From Gonapodya sp. JEL0774 (lineage: Eukaryota), in contig JADIIX010000001.1 of assembly GCA_027604505.1 (NCBI GenBank), positions 62,001 to 126,000 of the forward strand: a stretch of DNA of 64,000 bases, written 5' to 3'. This document shows positions 24,788 to 36,835 of the stretch, in pieces (the first letter of the stretch is position 1; every line of letters begins with the position of its first letter). The position numbers and the translations under genes are program-made. Below the pieces are notes generated by a model that did no database searches, had not been told where the DNA came from, and saw nothing but the letters and a program-made list of their open reading frames with translations.

Positions 24788-27700
24788 TCACATGGAACTC
24801 CCTCCCGCCGCTCCTCCTCCTCCCTTCCCAAAACTCTCGCTCCCATTTGATTCGATCGCCCTTCGCTTCGCTTCGCGCTCCTCATCCTCTAAAGCCGTGA
24901 AGTCGAAAACTGGCTCTGGTTGTGTATTTTTGTAGGCCGGCGCAATAAACGTGGGATTGTTGGCGGCCTCTTCTGCGTGCTTCAGGAACGCCTCCCGAGG
25001 GTCTTCCAGCCGCCGAAGGTCCTGCTTCACGTACGGTTTGAGGAGTTGTTCGTGCAAGGAGTAACCAATCTTGCCGGCTTTGCCTTGGCCAGTGGCAGGA
25101 GCCTCTAAATTGTGGTAGAGCAGCAGAGAGTTCATTTCACGATTGGAATCGGAAACACTGCTCAGAACAGAACGCACCCGGCTTCCTTGCTGCCATCTTG
25201 TTTGCGATATCCTTCTCTCTCTTCCGCTTCACGCTTGTCACCTCGCCACGTGTGGTCGACGCAGGAGTGATGATGGGGCTGAGACACAGGATGGGAGTGA
25301 CAGAAACGTTCACAGAAAAGGCACGTTCTCTTTACTCACCCCATGATTAAACCCTCCACCTCATCCGCTCTCTTCTTCCTCACCGCCTTACCTGCCGCCT
25401 GAACAACTCCTCTGAGGCTCCCCTTTCCGTATAACACTCTCACGCCCACATCCCCGCCTCCCGTCGTTGCGAACACCTGATTTAACCTCGGATGCCACGC
25501 AACCCTGATAACCCCGGCAGGAATATCCGAAGTTGTCGAGTTGGATACCACGGGCACCGCCTTGTGCACACTCAAATCGCCGGTATTCAAAAACACGAGT
25601 GAGGCAGGTGAGCCAGCACCTGATCCGGACCGCCCGCCCTGTGTTGCTCTTACTCCCGCTGTACCCACGACCACGAGTCGCTCGTCAGGGCTGAGGCACA
25701 GGTCCGCCTCTGGTGCCGTTGCCTCAAGTCCTCCGCGTTCAGCCACCGGCGCTTTATTGTTTCTGATATCCCACACTTTGACGAACCCATCTGAGCCGCG
25801 TGTAACGATTCCATGTCCGTCTGCCCGCCACATTAGGCCGGCGGTTTCCGTCCCTGGCTGGTGCGCCCCATCCCACACCACCGAAGGATGCACGAAAGGT
25901 CCTTTCGCTGCATACACTCGCAACGCCCCATCCTGCCCGACACAAGCGATTTTGGTGCCATCTCCACTCCATCTTGCAACACCGACCGTATTCCTCACAC
26001 CCCCCATAGCCTGGGCGCCAGACGTTCCCCTCTTGCGCGCCTTGCAAACAATGACCTCAACCTGACCTCGCTTGTTCTCCACGTCCCATATTCGAACAGT
26101 GGAGTCTCCACCGGTGGTTAGGAAGCGGGAGCGGTCGCTTGGGTGCCAGGCGACGTTGGAGAGAGGTGCAGTGTGGCCTACCGTCCGTTTGGGATCTATG
26201 AGATACATGTCGCCTTTGACGAATTCTTGGCTGAAATGAATTAACAACAGGACATGGTAAGTCACACTTCCGTCTGGAGCAAATATGGAATTGCATTATG
26301 TGTGTACTTTGGAGATCCAACTCCGTCTCAGATCCCTACAGAGTCTCTCGTCCTTATCCAAAGTGATATCATAAAATTACCAAAACTCACATTATTTTCC
26401 CTTCCCTATCGTACAATTTCGGGTAAAATGCTGTAGTCGCCATGAGAAATTTGTCTCCAGTGGTGTTCCACGCAAGGTCGCGCACCTAGGATCGTGATTG
26501 GTACACAACGCGTGAATGCAGTGGGAGTGAACAACACTCGACCCGACCTCCTCCTTCAGTACACAACAAACTGCCCCCACCCCAACAACTTCTGTTTTGT
26601 TCTACCGTGTGAACACGCAAACTCACCGGGCAACCCTCCACCCCTTCAAAGCTTCTAAATGGCCTCAATCTACTGTCCATACCCGTGAAGTCATGCACGT
26701 TTACCTGGTAGTCATACGAGCCTGTGAGCAGACGGACACCTGGAGGGTCGATGGAGAGAGCGGAAACGAGCTCCAATGAGTGGGACGGAGAGCAATTTGG
26801 GCGGTTGGAAGGGAGAAACAGCAGGTAGTAAAGGCAAAGACGCGTGAGTTGGGAATTGAGATGACATGTGGGACATTTTCGGGACAACTGGCCCCGAAAC
26901 CAGACGATCGATCCGAAGGCTCTGATGACGAGGTCTGTCGCAATGCAAATGCCCCGTCGGCCATCACCGGAGTTTCAACGAAAACATGCAGGTTATAGGG
27001 AGCGATTCAGTGCTCCGATTTAGAGTTGGTATTTCATGCATCAACGGTGGTTCCATTTCCAAGTGCACAATCTCCACCATCACAGTTCTTTATTCACCTT
27101 TGCGTGGTGCCGTATCGCAACCTCTGTCTCAACGGGCGGTGGAATTGGCCCGTCTGGTCCGTTGCGGGAGCCGTCCAAGTCCAAGTCCTCGTCGGAATCA
27201 TCATCCGAATCGGAGTCGACCCTCGCGCGGGTGACACTGGAATTCAAAGGTACAGGTCCAATATCGGGCTCGTCAGTCTCCGTGTCAACTTTGGCACTGT
27301 CGGAATGGGATGGTGCTGGAGTTGGAACCATCGACCGAGTTGGGCCCTTTGATCGGGTTGGGCCTGGTGACGGACCGAGATTTTGAGAAGGGGTTGGAGC
27401 CGCAGCGGAGACGGACGATTGAGCGCGCGTCAGGCCGGTAGAGCGAGAGGGACCTGGAGATGGAGATGGGGTTTGACTGGGTGGGGGGAGCGGCGGAGCA
27501 GAGTCGGGATTAGGAGGTAGGTGGAGTGGTGGAGTGGGTTGTGATTTCACGGCCATAGAAGACTAGGGAGAGAAAGTCAAGTAACTTAGTTAGAGCCTGA
27601 CAAAGGGCCTGACCAGTGTTAGTTATGCGATGCGCGGCAGGTACAACCTCAGATGTACCGGTACTGACGTCCTCGACATCACCATTTCTTGTCTACTGCT

Positions 27701-28023
27701 AGGTCTTTAATCTTTCCATGTAAGTTTTGCTCCTCCACTGTGCTTATTAATTCTCTTGAATCAGCCCCACCATTGTCACTTCATTCATTCGAGCATGAGA
27801 CACCCACCGTCCACCCTCCACCACCCCCGCCACTTCCAAATGACATTGGCAGTTTCGCTCGCATCCAATCGTTACTGTCGGTTGCAGCAACAGTCTCTCC
27901 ATTTCCAGCGATCGGGCTAGCATCGTGTCCATTCCCCTCTTTGCCGGCTTTAGAGGACGCCTTCTTTCCTCCGCTTCCCGGCAGAAAGACGGAGAGATCG
28001 AAGAAATCATTCTTTTTTGACAT
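24788..28023 (-). CDS. WDR70: WD40-repeat protein WDR70/GAD-1-like, spliced
   Basis: LPMSFG, VSALSIDPPGVRLLTGSYDY..HDFTGMDSRLRPFR, EFVKGDMYLID..TVGH, EDPREAFLKHAEEA..FIAPAYKNTQP. Confidence 0.88.
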
Positions 28024-28316
28024 TAAGCTGTTCGAAGTTTGCAAATGCTGCGCTCTGGATCAAACGGCAGTGGTCAGGGCACAGGCACTACATACATGAC
28101 ACACTCCTCAACATATACAAAAATCAGTGATAATAATTTCTGTTGCTCCACTAACTTACCTGGTGTAGTCCAACTTGATATACATATATCTTGGACTACA
28201 CGTTTGAAGATTCATATTCGTGTGCAGGATGCAATGTGGCGGACATGGTCGTCCTGCTCACGAATGGCTGGCGTCACCTTTCTTTCGCCAACCACCTTTC
28301 TACATATTCGCCAACC

Positions 28317-29213
28317 ATGACGACGACTGACAACCAGGAACTCATTGAGTTCGCGACTCTTGTGTATGAAAGCCAATATTCGGTATGTATCTTCTAAAAT
28401 ACTTCAGATGCCGGGCAGATATTCAGACCTCTTCCCCCCTCAACTGTCAGACCTCTTCGACCGCCCACGAGGAAGCTATCAAGTATTACAGCGATGAAGC
28501 CGTATTCTCAGATCCGCTCGCACTCGTGAATGGGAAGGCGGACGGTGAGGGTGATAACTGCGAAACCTGGATGTGCCAGTCACTACTTTCTTCGCCAATG
28601 CAGTGTTCGCTCAATTCAAGGGTTTAGAGGCCATTTTCACTTCCGTTACGAACAAAATACATGTGAGCCGTGGTTCCGGTCATCCCGATCCTTCCACTCT
28701 CACGCAGGTGCTGTTTGGCAGGGTGTCGCTGTCTTCCCTACCTACTGCCCTCCGGGCGACCCATCTCCGATTCCCGTCACTGATCCTGCTCGAAAGTTTG
28801 TTATCGTGCACGCCACTACTTCCTTCAGCACATCGTTGGGTATCACCGTGCCAATTCGGACGTTCACTCAATTCGAGTTCCGGAAGGTGAAGGGGAGAGG
28901 GTGGATCGTGATGAGGCACGAGGTAAGCCGGCAAACTCTCCTTGACGATCCTTGACGAATGGAAAATGGGATAATGGTCCTGAATCCAACTCATCAGGAT
29001 ACCCGGACCATGGGCGACCTCCTCCCGTTGACGGCCATGAAGACCCTCAATGAATGGTGGAGGGGATTTTTTGGCAAGACAAGTAGTGCATGGTTGAGGA
29101 GAATTGGAGTCGCCGCCCAGCTAGGTAATGAGGCGGTGGTGGAGAACGGAGCCAGAGAAAAGGGCAAGGGCGGCGAGACCCCGGTGCGCGGGAATGGTGC
29201 AGGATCTGCTTAG
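28317..29213 (+). CDS. Uncharacterised NTF2/SnoaL-like fold protein, spliced
   Basis: AIKYYSDEAVFSDPLALVNG|..VFAQF, later WIVMRHE|D. Exon-intron boundaries are plausible. Confidence 0.6.
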
Positions 29214-29363
29214 ATGAATTTGAAGAGATCGGAACGGAGCATATGCAGGCTTCATAGACGCTACGCCTTTGAAGTGCTCATTTCAATGTCTCTTGAATAT
29301 GCATAGTGCAAGAGCAATACTCATTGCTGGTACCAAGACCGAGCTACTTAATCATACCCTCCT

Positions 29364-30917
29364 CTACACTCCCCCAACTCCCCCCGTTTGCACTACCACA
29401 ACATACGGATGGCCCCCAACCTGTATCATCCCCTGTTCTTGCTCCGGCCCCACCTTTCCGTCCTGCATCCGTGCGTACGGCCGGGCACCGTCTTCGGACC
29501 TGCCTCGAGACTGAGAGTGCAAAGATACATAGCCAAGGCAAGTCATGAGGACGCCTACTACTGCTGTGATGGTGGACCACATGCCGCCAACGCTGAATCA
29601 CAGGCTGGTGTTAGCAAATCTTTAAGGCGGACAATAAGCGACACTCACTTGCCCGGAATATCAAGAAAGCTCTTTGACTTGGACAGCGTTTGCACTACGT
29701 AAAAGTTCTGGAGAATGTATTGTGGACCATTAGCCGAAACCGAGTTGATCCTCGTCACAGCGTTGGGACACTGTCCCGTTTTGATGGTGTCACAACCAAC
29801 TTTGTTGAACAAAAACTGGCCTGTGGCGGGGGCAGCTTGGTACTGGGAGTTCGGAAGGAGGGTTTGATAAGGTATGCCCGTCAGGCATGCAGGAAAGAAA
29901 ACGATCTGACCAATGCACTCACCAGGAACCACTTGTCAAGGAGAGTAGCTAGAGTGATAGTGTCTGTGCGGTCACGATGTGCAACCTTGCTGGATTAAGA
30001 ATGCGCCCGCACTCACTGAGAGAGATCCCCGCAGTAACATATGAGAACTTCTCGGGTCCATTTCCCACCTTGTCCACTGTCTTTGTAAGTAGGAGTACAG
30101 TGGTGGTTTGCATCAAATCACCGGTGGTGGGAGCATCGATCACCGAGTCGTCGGGATTCAGCAGTCGCCCAGGTACTTGCGTAGTGGTGTGCTGAGAGTT
30201 GGCGTCCCAGGTAGCACCTGAGTAACAATTAGCGGGAGTTTGGGAGCGCGTTTTTACGAGTGTGAATGATGATCGTACCAATACTCGTGAATGCGAACTC
30301 CCCGGCAGTAATCATTCCACAACCTCCTCCGCATGTCCTAGCGTAGAAGCCAATCCAGAGACCTCCGAATGCAATTTTGGGTGTGAGATCACGTTTTTCG
30401 TTTTGGGACATTGTGATGAAATTGGATTCTGATAGAGATCACGTCAACCGAACTCGAGGGTGAGCGACACCACACCGTTCACTGCGACGAAGAGCACACT
30501 CACGATCATCAATATTATTCCCATTTGCTACTTGAACTAGGCACCCTGATGGATGGGTGCACTCAAGTCGTATAGGGGGTGCCATGGTTCCAGACACAGG
30601 GGAAATCTGGGTCGTGACAACGATTTCCTGGTTGATCGTCCCAAGTACGAGACTCGCAGTGACAGAAGAGCAAGATCAACCTCAGAGATGTCTCAAACAA
30701 TGGTCCGGTGCAGAGTCACTCACAATGCAGCGTAAACGATCAGCGCGATGGACGCGACAACAGTCCATGCCCCGCCCGCTGCGGTGACACTGTCTGGATC
30801 GATCACGGGTTCTTTGAACACGGAGATCTTTTTGAGCAGTTTGTCGCTTGACTGTACTGGTGCAGACGATGCTGACATATTTAGATTCGGTGGTGATGGA
30901 GCGACTGACCCGCTCAT
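29364..30917 (-). CDS. Two-transmembrane protein with large Cys-containing extracytoplasmic loop (ENaC/P2X/ERGIC-like topology), spliced
   Basis: TM1 after KKISVFKEP..TAAGGAWTVVASIALIVYAAL. Loop contains ECTHPSGC, CGGGC, GCD..GQC. Predicted pre-TM2/TM2 SFLDIPGNVGGMWSTITAVVGVL. Confidence 0.6.
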
Positions 30918-31505
30918 CAAGTTATGTTCACCCTCACCACCCAAAACGATCAGAAATGTCGCTCCCAACAGGCGACAACGCGATACTAGAATATAACTTC
31001 GTTTATATGTGACAAATGGTAAATGTTCCGAACCAGTGACACAGTGACGGTGGTAAGCGAAAGCGAAATGAGGTAGTGTCCGAACGAGATTGCGGACCTC
31101 ACAGTTTTGTGAATTTCCGTTTTTGGCAAAGCCGCCACTACCACCCCCTATGGTTACAACAATTTGTAGCGTCCAACGTGAGAATTCAGGTCTACGACAT
31201 GGGAGAACCATGTCCAAAGTGTATTTATCCATATAATTAATAATGTCACGTGGGAGCTCCAGCATTTGCGAGTTCTCCACCTCATGAAACCCGCCTTGTA
31301 CCGGAGTGCTATCGTTTGATTTGAGCGAATGACGAGTTGCACAATGGCTGACCGTTCCACCAGTTGCCACAGGCAATACGAGTTGTGGGTGGTCTCCGAT
31401 TTCCGCTGAATCGGACACAAAAAGTATCACGCAAATGTGTGGGGCCACATTCGGAGATAATAGACTTAGGTACATATTTAGATAATAGGTGCACCATTCC
31501 GGCAG

Positions 31506-32538
31506 CCTGGGCCAGCCTCTCTCCAATCCATGAAGAATTTCCCAATCATTTCTTTCAGCTCCATCCCCGACAGCAACAAGAAATCCTGCAACGCTAGATG
31601 CCACCATGAGTTTCCGAGTGGGGCTTATGCGACCGTTCAGTGAGTTTTGTCCGGTGGTTGGAGTCTTGTGTTATGCGTGTCGTTGCCTGACGTTCGACTT
31701 GTGGGCTCCTTCTCGCTTCTTCAGGCTCACCTCGCTCTCTGGCGCCTGAGACAGGTTTGTAGACCATGTGTGGGAAACTGCAGAAAAGCGGCGCCCGGGC
31801 TGAGTTTCCGGGAGCTTCGAGGCTGCAGCCCTTGTCACCCGTGATGGCGCTAGAGGATGCGAGTAGTGGGACAAACGGAGAGGGTCAAAGATGTCCTGTT
31901 GTGGCTTAGGTAAGTGTACGACAACTCGTCCTATGCGCTTTGAGATGTATTGGGTCGAAACGGAACATCCTAATCGCTCTCCACCGTTTGCTCTATTTCG
32001 ACGGGCATCACATGTATGACATCTACTCTGCAATGCGAAACATCTTGCACCTTAGTATATCACCTTCTTGTACTGTAGCTACCACTTGCGCGCGACGCCA
32101 GGGGGGGGTTGCTGGCCCACCATTTCCCATCTTGGGCAAGCCCCCTGGGTAACCGGCGTGCACGAGGAGAATGTATGGCCCGCACAACCACTGTCTGCAC
32201 ATTTTGATTCACTTTGTTGCAGTCCCGTGGCACTGTCGTTTTATACCTTGCGTGTGGGAAGTTGCGACACTCTCAAACATTTGCTCAACAACCTGCATAA
32301 CATCGACCAACATTGTTTTCATACCACAATGGCGTCCCTAGTTGCTGATTCCTGAATGCGTCCTCCCTGACAAATTCTCGGGAATCTCATCTCTTCCACG
32401 ATTGGTCGGATAAATTACTATATTGATGAACAATGTATTACAGTATCATATATAATTATGGTTACAGCCCATACGATTCATAACATCATGTTCGACTTGT
32501 GAGTGGCTGTTCATGCGCTCTTGTCGGTAGCGGAGATG
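31506..32538 (-). repeat. ~1.03-kb repeat, right arm of inverted pair (partner 20997-22017)
   Basis: Reverse complement of the left arm. Inner ~460 bp show about a dozen differences by eye; the outer half is more diverged. Confidence 0.95.
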
Positions 32539-32568
32539 TGATCGGCAGCGTGTGAAAAGGAAGATACC

Positions 32569-34493
32569 TCACCCGTTAGGGGAGGCTCGGGGGGGGAGGG
32601 GGGGGGGCAACCTTATTGCGTTAAGACAATCCCGGGTTGTGGATCCCCCCCGGCCTTCGGGTTCTTCCTGAACGAAGAGGAGACGGTGGGGCCTCAAGCC
32701 AAACGAAGCCGAATCCTGCCGACGGAGCAGCATCCAATGCTGCACACCGAACGCCCAGGGGCGGGAGAGATCGAAGAGCGGCCGGCCCCTTGAGAGGTGG
32801 GGAGATAGGTGATCCACCACTGCAGGTCCTTGCGGGCCTCGGTGTTCAAGCGCGTGCGGTGATAAGGGTGGCGGAGTGTAGAGGCAAGGTTGATCAAGCG
32901 GGGGACGAAGGTACGACCCCCGTGGACCACATCCGAGATGTGGGAGAGATAACCGAGCAGCCGCTCGAGGAAGCGGTGGGTTACCTTAGTCGCGGAGACG
33001 GCCGAGCGGAGGAGGTGGAGGACGAGCGAGAGGGTGGAAGGGGGTATGGTAACAGACCAGTTGACAGTATTCTAAACGAGCCCAAGGATCTTGGCGCAGG
33101 TGGGCGGGGGTTGACCCTTGGGGCGGTTGGGTGAGAGATCGAGGGACTTGAGAACCGATCCTAGGGTGGCAAATTCGGAAGTGGCAGGTTGTGCGGAAGG
33201 GTGAACCACGGGAAATCATCCAAGTAAATCAAAGTAAGAACAACACCGTAACTGAACTTCAAAATCAACCGAATCACAAGCCCAGTCGCTGAAAAAATGA
33301 AGCACGCCTTCCGAATGCCAAATGACAAGCAGGTGTCAACAATGATGTCGTCCATGACGACGATCTGCGGGTAGCCGATGCTGTACCGATTTTGCAGGCT
33401 CTGTAATCGCAAGATGTACGCACGTTGCCCGTCGGCGGGGCCACCGAGATGCCGGAGGGACCTGATCAAGTTGCCGGAAGCGACCCAGAACTGTGCATGC
33501 TTGATCAGGACCGAAGCATCGCCCGAGTCGGGAGGACCGATTGAAATCCTTGCCGAGGTGAAACGAGAGTTCGCGAGCGACAGAGAACTGCTTGAAGTCC
33601 CCTGTTGTAAGGCCCGGCAGGCAGACGCTCCGTGATATAGAGAGAACTTCGGAGGCGCACCGGTAGCTTTTCCATGATAGCCCCCTCAAAGTCTACCCAC
33701 TCAGCGATGAGAGGGCCGGCGCCAAGCGTCGATCATCGCGATGAGAGGCCAAGCGATCGACCGACGCGGGGACGTCACGGCGGATCGCGGCTTCGACGGA
33801 TGCCGCGTCGACCGCGGAAACGAGATCCGAGACTCGCAGAGTTCCTGAAGGCACGGCAGGAATAGGAAGAGGTTTGGAAGGGGTAGTGATGGCTGGGGGT
33901 GGCAGGTTGGAAGAGGAGGGGACAGGGTTGGGGGTCTGGGCATGACGGTGCGGAGGAACCGTGGAGCCCGCTGACGGCGTCACACGGAGGGAGGCCAGTT
34001 CACGGGACATGGATTCCATAGTGGAATAGAGGACAATTTTCCGGTTATCGCGAATCTGATCGCGCTCCATCATCTGTGCGAGCAGAGTGGCTTCCCGCTC
34101 ATCCCTCAGGGCGTCAGGGAGCACGAGCCCTGTTTTCCTCTCGGATTTGCAGGAGAGGTTGCTGAAGGATATTCTGCTGCGAGCAATCCGGCGGATCGAT
34201 GGTGAGAACTGAGAACTGAGAACGGCATTCGTCCGGGGCCAGAAGACAGGTCTGATCCGTGACCTGGTGACCCCCGGTGGCGGAGTTCGAGGAAGACTCA
34301 TAAGAGGAACGGAAAACAGGGTGGAGCAAGGCGGTAGAGGCGGAGAAATGGGGGAAGAAGGGGGAAGAAGAAATCGGACAGCACACCACAAATGTGGGTC
34401 CTGTGGGTCACTCCGACAATACGCTCCTGTACAGCATTCCACACTTTCCAAACAAAACTACTAAAACCCTTCGTCCCGACACATAGTAGTTTT
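32569..34493 (-). mobile_element. Degenerate Ngaro/DIRS-type retrotransposon, 5' half (gag-like ORF, RT, start of RNase H)
   Basis: Gag-like ORF 33693-34451. RT DTCLSFGIRKACFIF..IYLDDF and LLGYLSHISDVVHGGRTFVPRL..DLQWW. RNase H TDAAPSAGFG. Nucleotide homology of 32603-32690 with 5737-5820. Confidence 0.85.
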
Positions 34494-34881
34494 AAGTCCC
34501 TTTTTCTCCCTTCCGTGACTTTGTCTACCCCAAAAAGCGGAATACAGTGCAGCATCGAGCGGTACCCACAATCCACCCCAACATGACCGCGAGGTCACCA
34601 ACGGTCACGGGATGATACTGATCTCCACTTAGACATAACTTGCACGCTATGCGTTTTGTGTAAAGTGTGCGCATGGTGTTAGGTCAACCCTGTACATTTG
34701 TGAGCGTCAAAATTGGAACGGTTGATTCAGCAGCCATCACTGATATCAACATGACCAATCCCCGTCAAAGACTGTGTTCAAATAATACTCGAAAAAAGTA
34801 TTTTTGGTTGGGAACCTCGTGTACATAACGAAGCGGCAGATTCTCATCTGCGTCTTTCATGAGCAAAAACTGATCCCAAAT

Positions 34882-36691
34882 ATGTTTTATGACGTAAACA
34901 TCCCGCATCCATCAGCGGCACCTACTGCTGCGGAGACTGCAAATTTGCTACGGGTCGTGGACCAGCTGTGCGCTCGTGAGTGGAATCGACAGCGGACAAA
35001 AGTGAAAGAGAAGTTCTTTTGCCATTGATCACTCCGCTGCGAATTTGACACTCTCACTTCTTGTTCTTTCGTAACAATCAACATTTCTCTGCTCCAATCT
35101 TCCACATTAGTGGGGTACCATGTGTGCGCTTTCAATCATACCGTGACTTCAAAACTGGGATCCAACCACGTTCGTCCTCTCTTCCATGCGCCAGCCTTGA
35201 TGAACCCTCAAACTCTGGTGTTTCATAGGTAAACCCCGTCAAGATTCTCGATGCCTTCCGCGAAACTGCCCCACCGACCCAACTTCCTCCTCCGGTGCCT
35301 ACAACTTCGGCTCAAACAACCACTCCGCCGCCTTCGAATAAGCCCCCTACTGAATCATATCGCGTGGCCCTTTTGCGTTCCAAGAGCTCTGTTCACCGGA
35401 CAGACCTCATCCCATACTCGTCCAATCAGTCTGCCAAACGAATAAGGCAACTTTCTCGAATAACCCTCGTAGCCGATGATCCGGCGGCAAGTTACAGCTT
35501 TGTAAGTAACCTGTCTGGTGTTTGGGTAAATAGCGGGGAAACTTCGGTCACCCGCTGACTCCTCGCCGAGGATATCTTAGCCAGCATCCACCCGCCATGG
35601 AGTTCCGGCCAGCACTCAAAGCTGCCTTAGATCACGCCATGTGTTGCTTGAAGCTTCAGGCTCGTGCCTCAATGCAACGCACTCAATTGATACTGCATTT
35701 GGGCCTTCACACGGTGCTATGAATTGTCCGTGCTCTAACTTGCGTCTGCGAAGGGTTTTGTGGATTGTAATGTCTCTCCTGCGCGTTCATCTGCAGCACA
35801 ACTCCCCTCACCTCCTCTCTTACGACCTCGTCGCGGTGCAACCTACCTCGGAGCGAATGCTGCAACAAGTTTGCGCTTCGTGGGATATAGACATTCTTTC
35901 GTTTGATTTGTCATCTCGGCTTCCGTTCCCTCTCAAACCCTCGACGCTAGGTCTCGCGGCCGAAAGAGGCATATTTTTTGAGCTGACGATGGGGCCCGCC
36001 ATGAGAGAAAGCGGCGCGAGGAAGTGGCTGGTGGGGAATGCGGCGCAGGTTGTGAAAGCAAGTGGGGGAAGGAACGTAATTATAAGTGGCGGTTGGACAA
36101 AGGGGATCGAAGTGCGTGGCGGACATGATCTTGCGAATCTGTAAGTGTCCGCAATTGTTTAAGCACACCTGGATGCCTTGTCTCGGGACTTGTCTTGTGC
36201 TGTTCAAGGATCTTGATGTAGCAACTCCCTCTTTCAACTCGCCTCTCGTCCTGCTCCCATTCCCAGGGCAACCCTCTTTGGCCTTAGCCCGGGAGCCGCT
36301 CGAGCTGCCCTCTCCACCACATGTGGCTCGCTTGTCCGTCGAGCTGGTGTGTATCCTCTTGCAACTCCTCATCTCTAGTCCCATCTCTCACCCCACCCTC
36401 CGTCACGACGAAGAATCCCGCCGCTTCACCTTACGAGCCGCAGTGGCTTTATCTCCGACAGTCGTTGTGCGGCCGACGGCAGCTGACCTTTCCAAAACCC
36501 AGAAATATGCTGTCAAGTCGGACAGGCCCTCAATATCGAATTCAGTCCCGTCATCGTCAACATTAGGAGCAGATGAAGGGAACGTTGTACGCAAGGGCAC
36601 GAACTCAGCAATTGCGAAAAGTGGCAAGAAACGGAAGGGGGAAGAAGAAGGCTCAGGGAACTCAAAGAAGGTAAAGGGAGGAAATAGTTAG
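34882..36691 (+). CDS. RPP1: RNase P/MRP subunit p30 (Rpp1/RPP30), spliced
   Basis: MFYDVNIP, GYHVCAFN, RQLSRITL, YDLVAVQPTSE, DIDILSFD..RLPF, GIFFEL, NVIISGG..RGGHDLANL. Confidence 0.9.
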
Positions 36692-36835
36692 CTAGCTTGT
36701 TGATTCAGCCGCCCAACTGGGATGATAGCAATGCTCATTGGCAATGAAATGAATTGATCCTACGATTTTTACTGTACATGTATCTGTTTGAAAATCACGT
36801 CAAAGTGCAGCGTCTAAAAAATGTTTGAGATCATG

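Noticed and set aside
20997..32538. Autonomous giant TIR transposon or Starship
   Set aside because: No DDE transposase or captain-type YR inside, no TSD, and the cargo includes conserved housekeeping genes.
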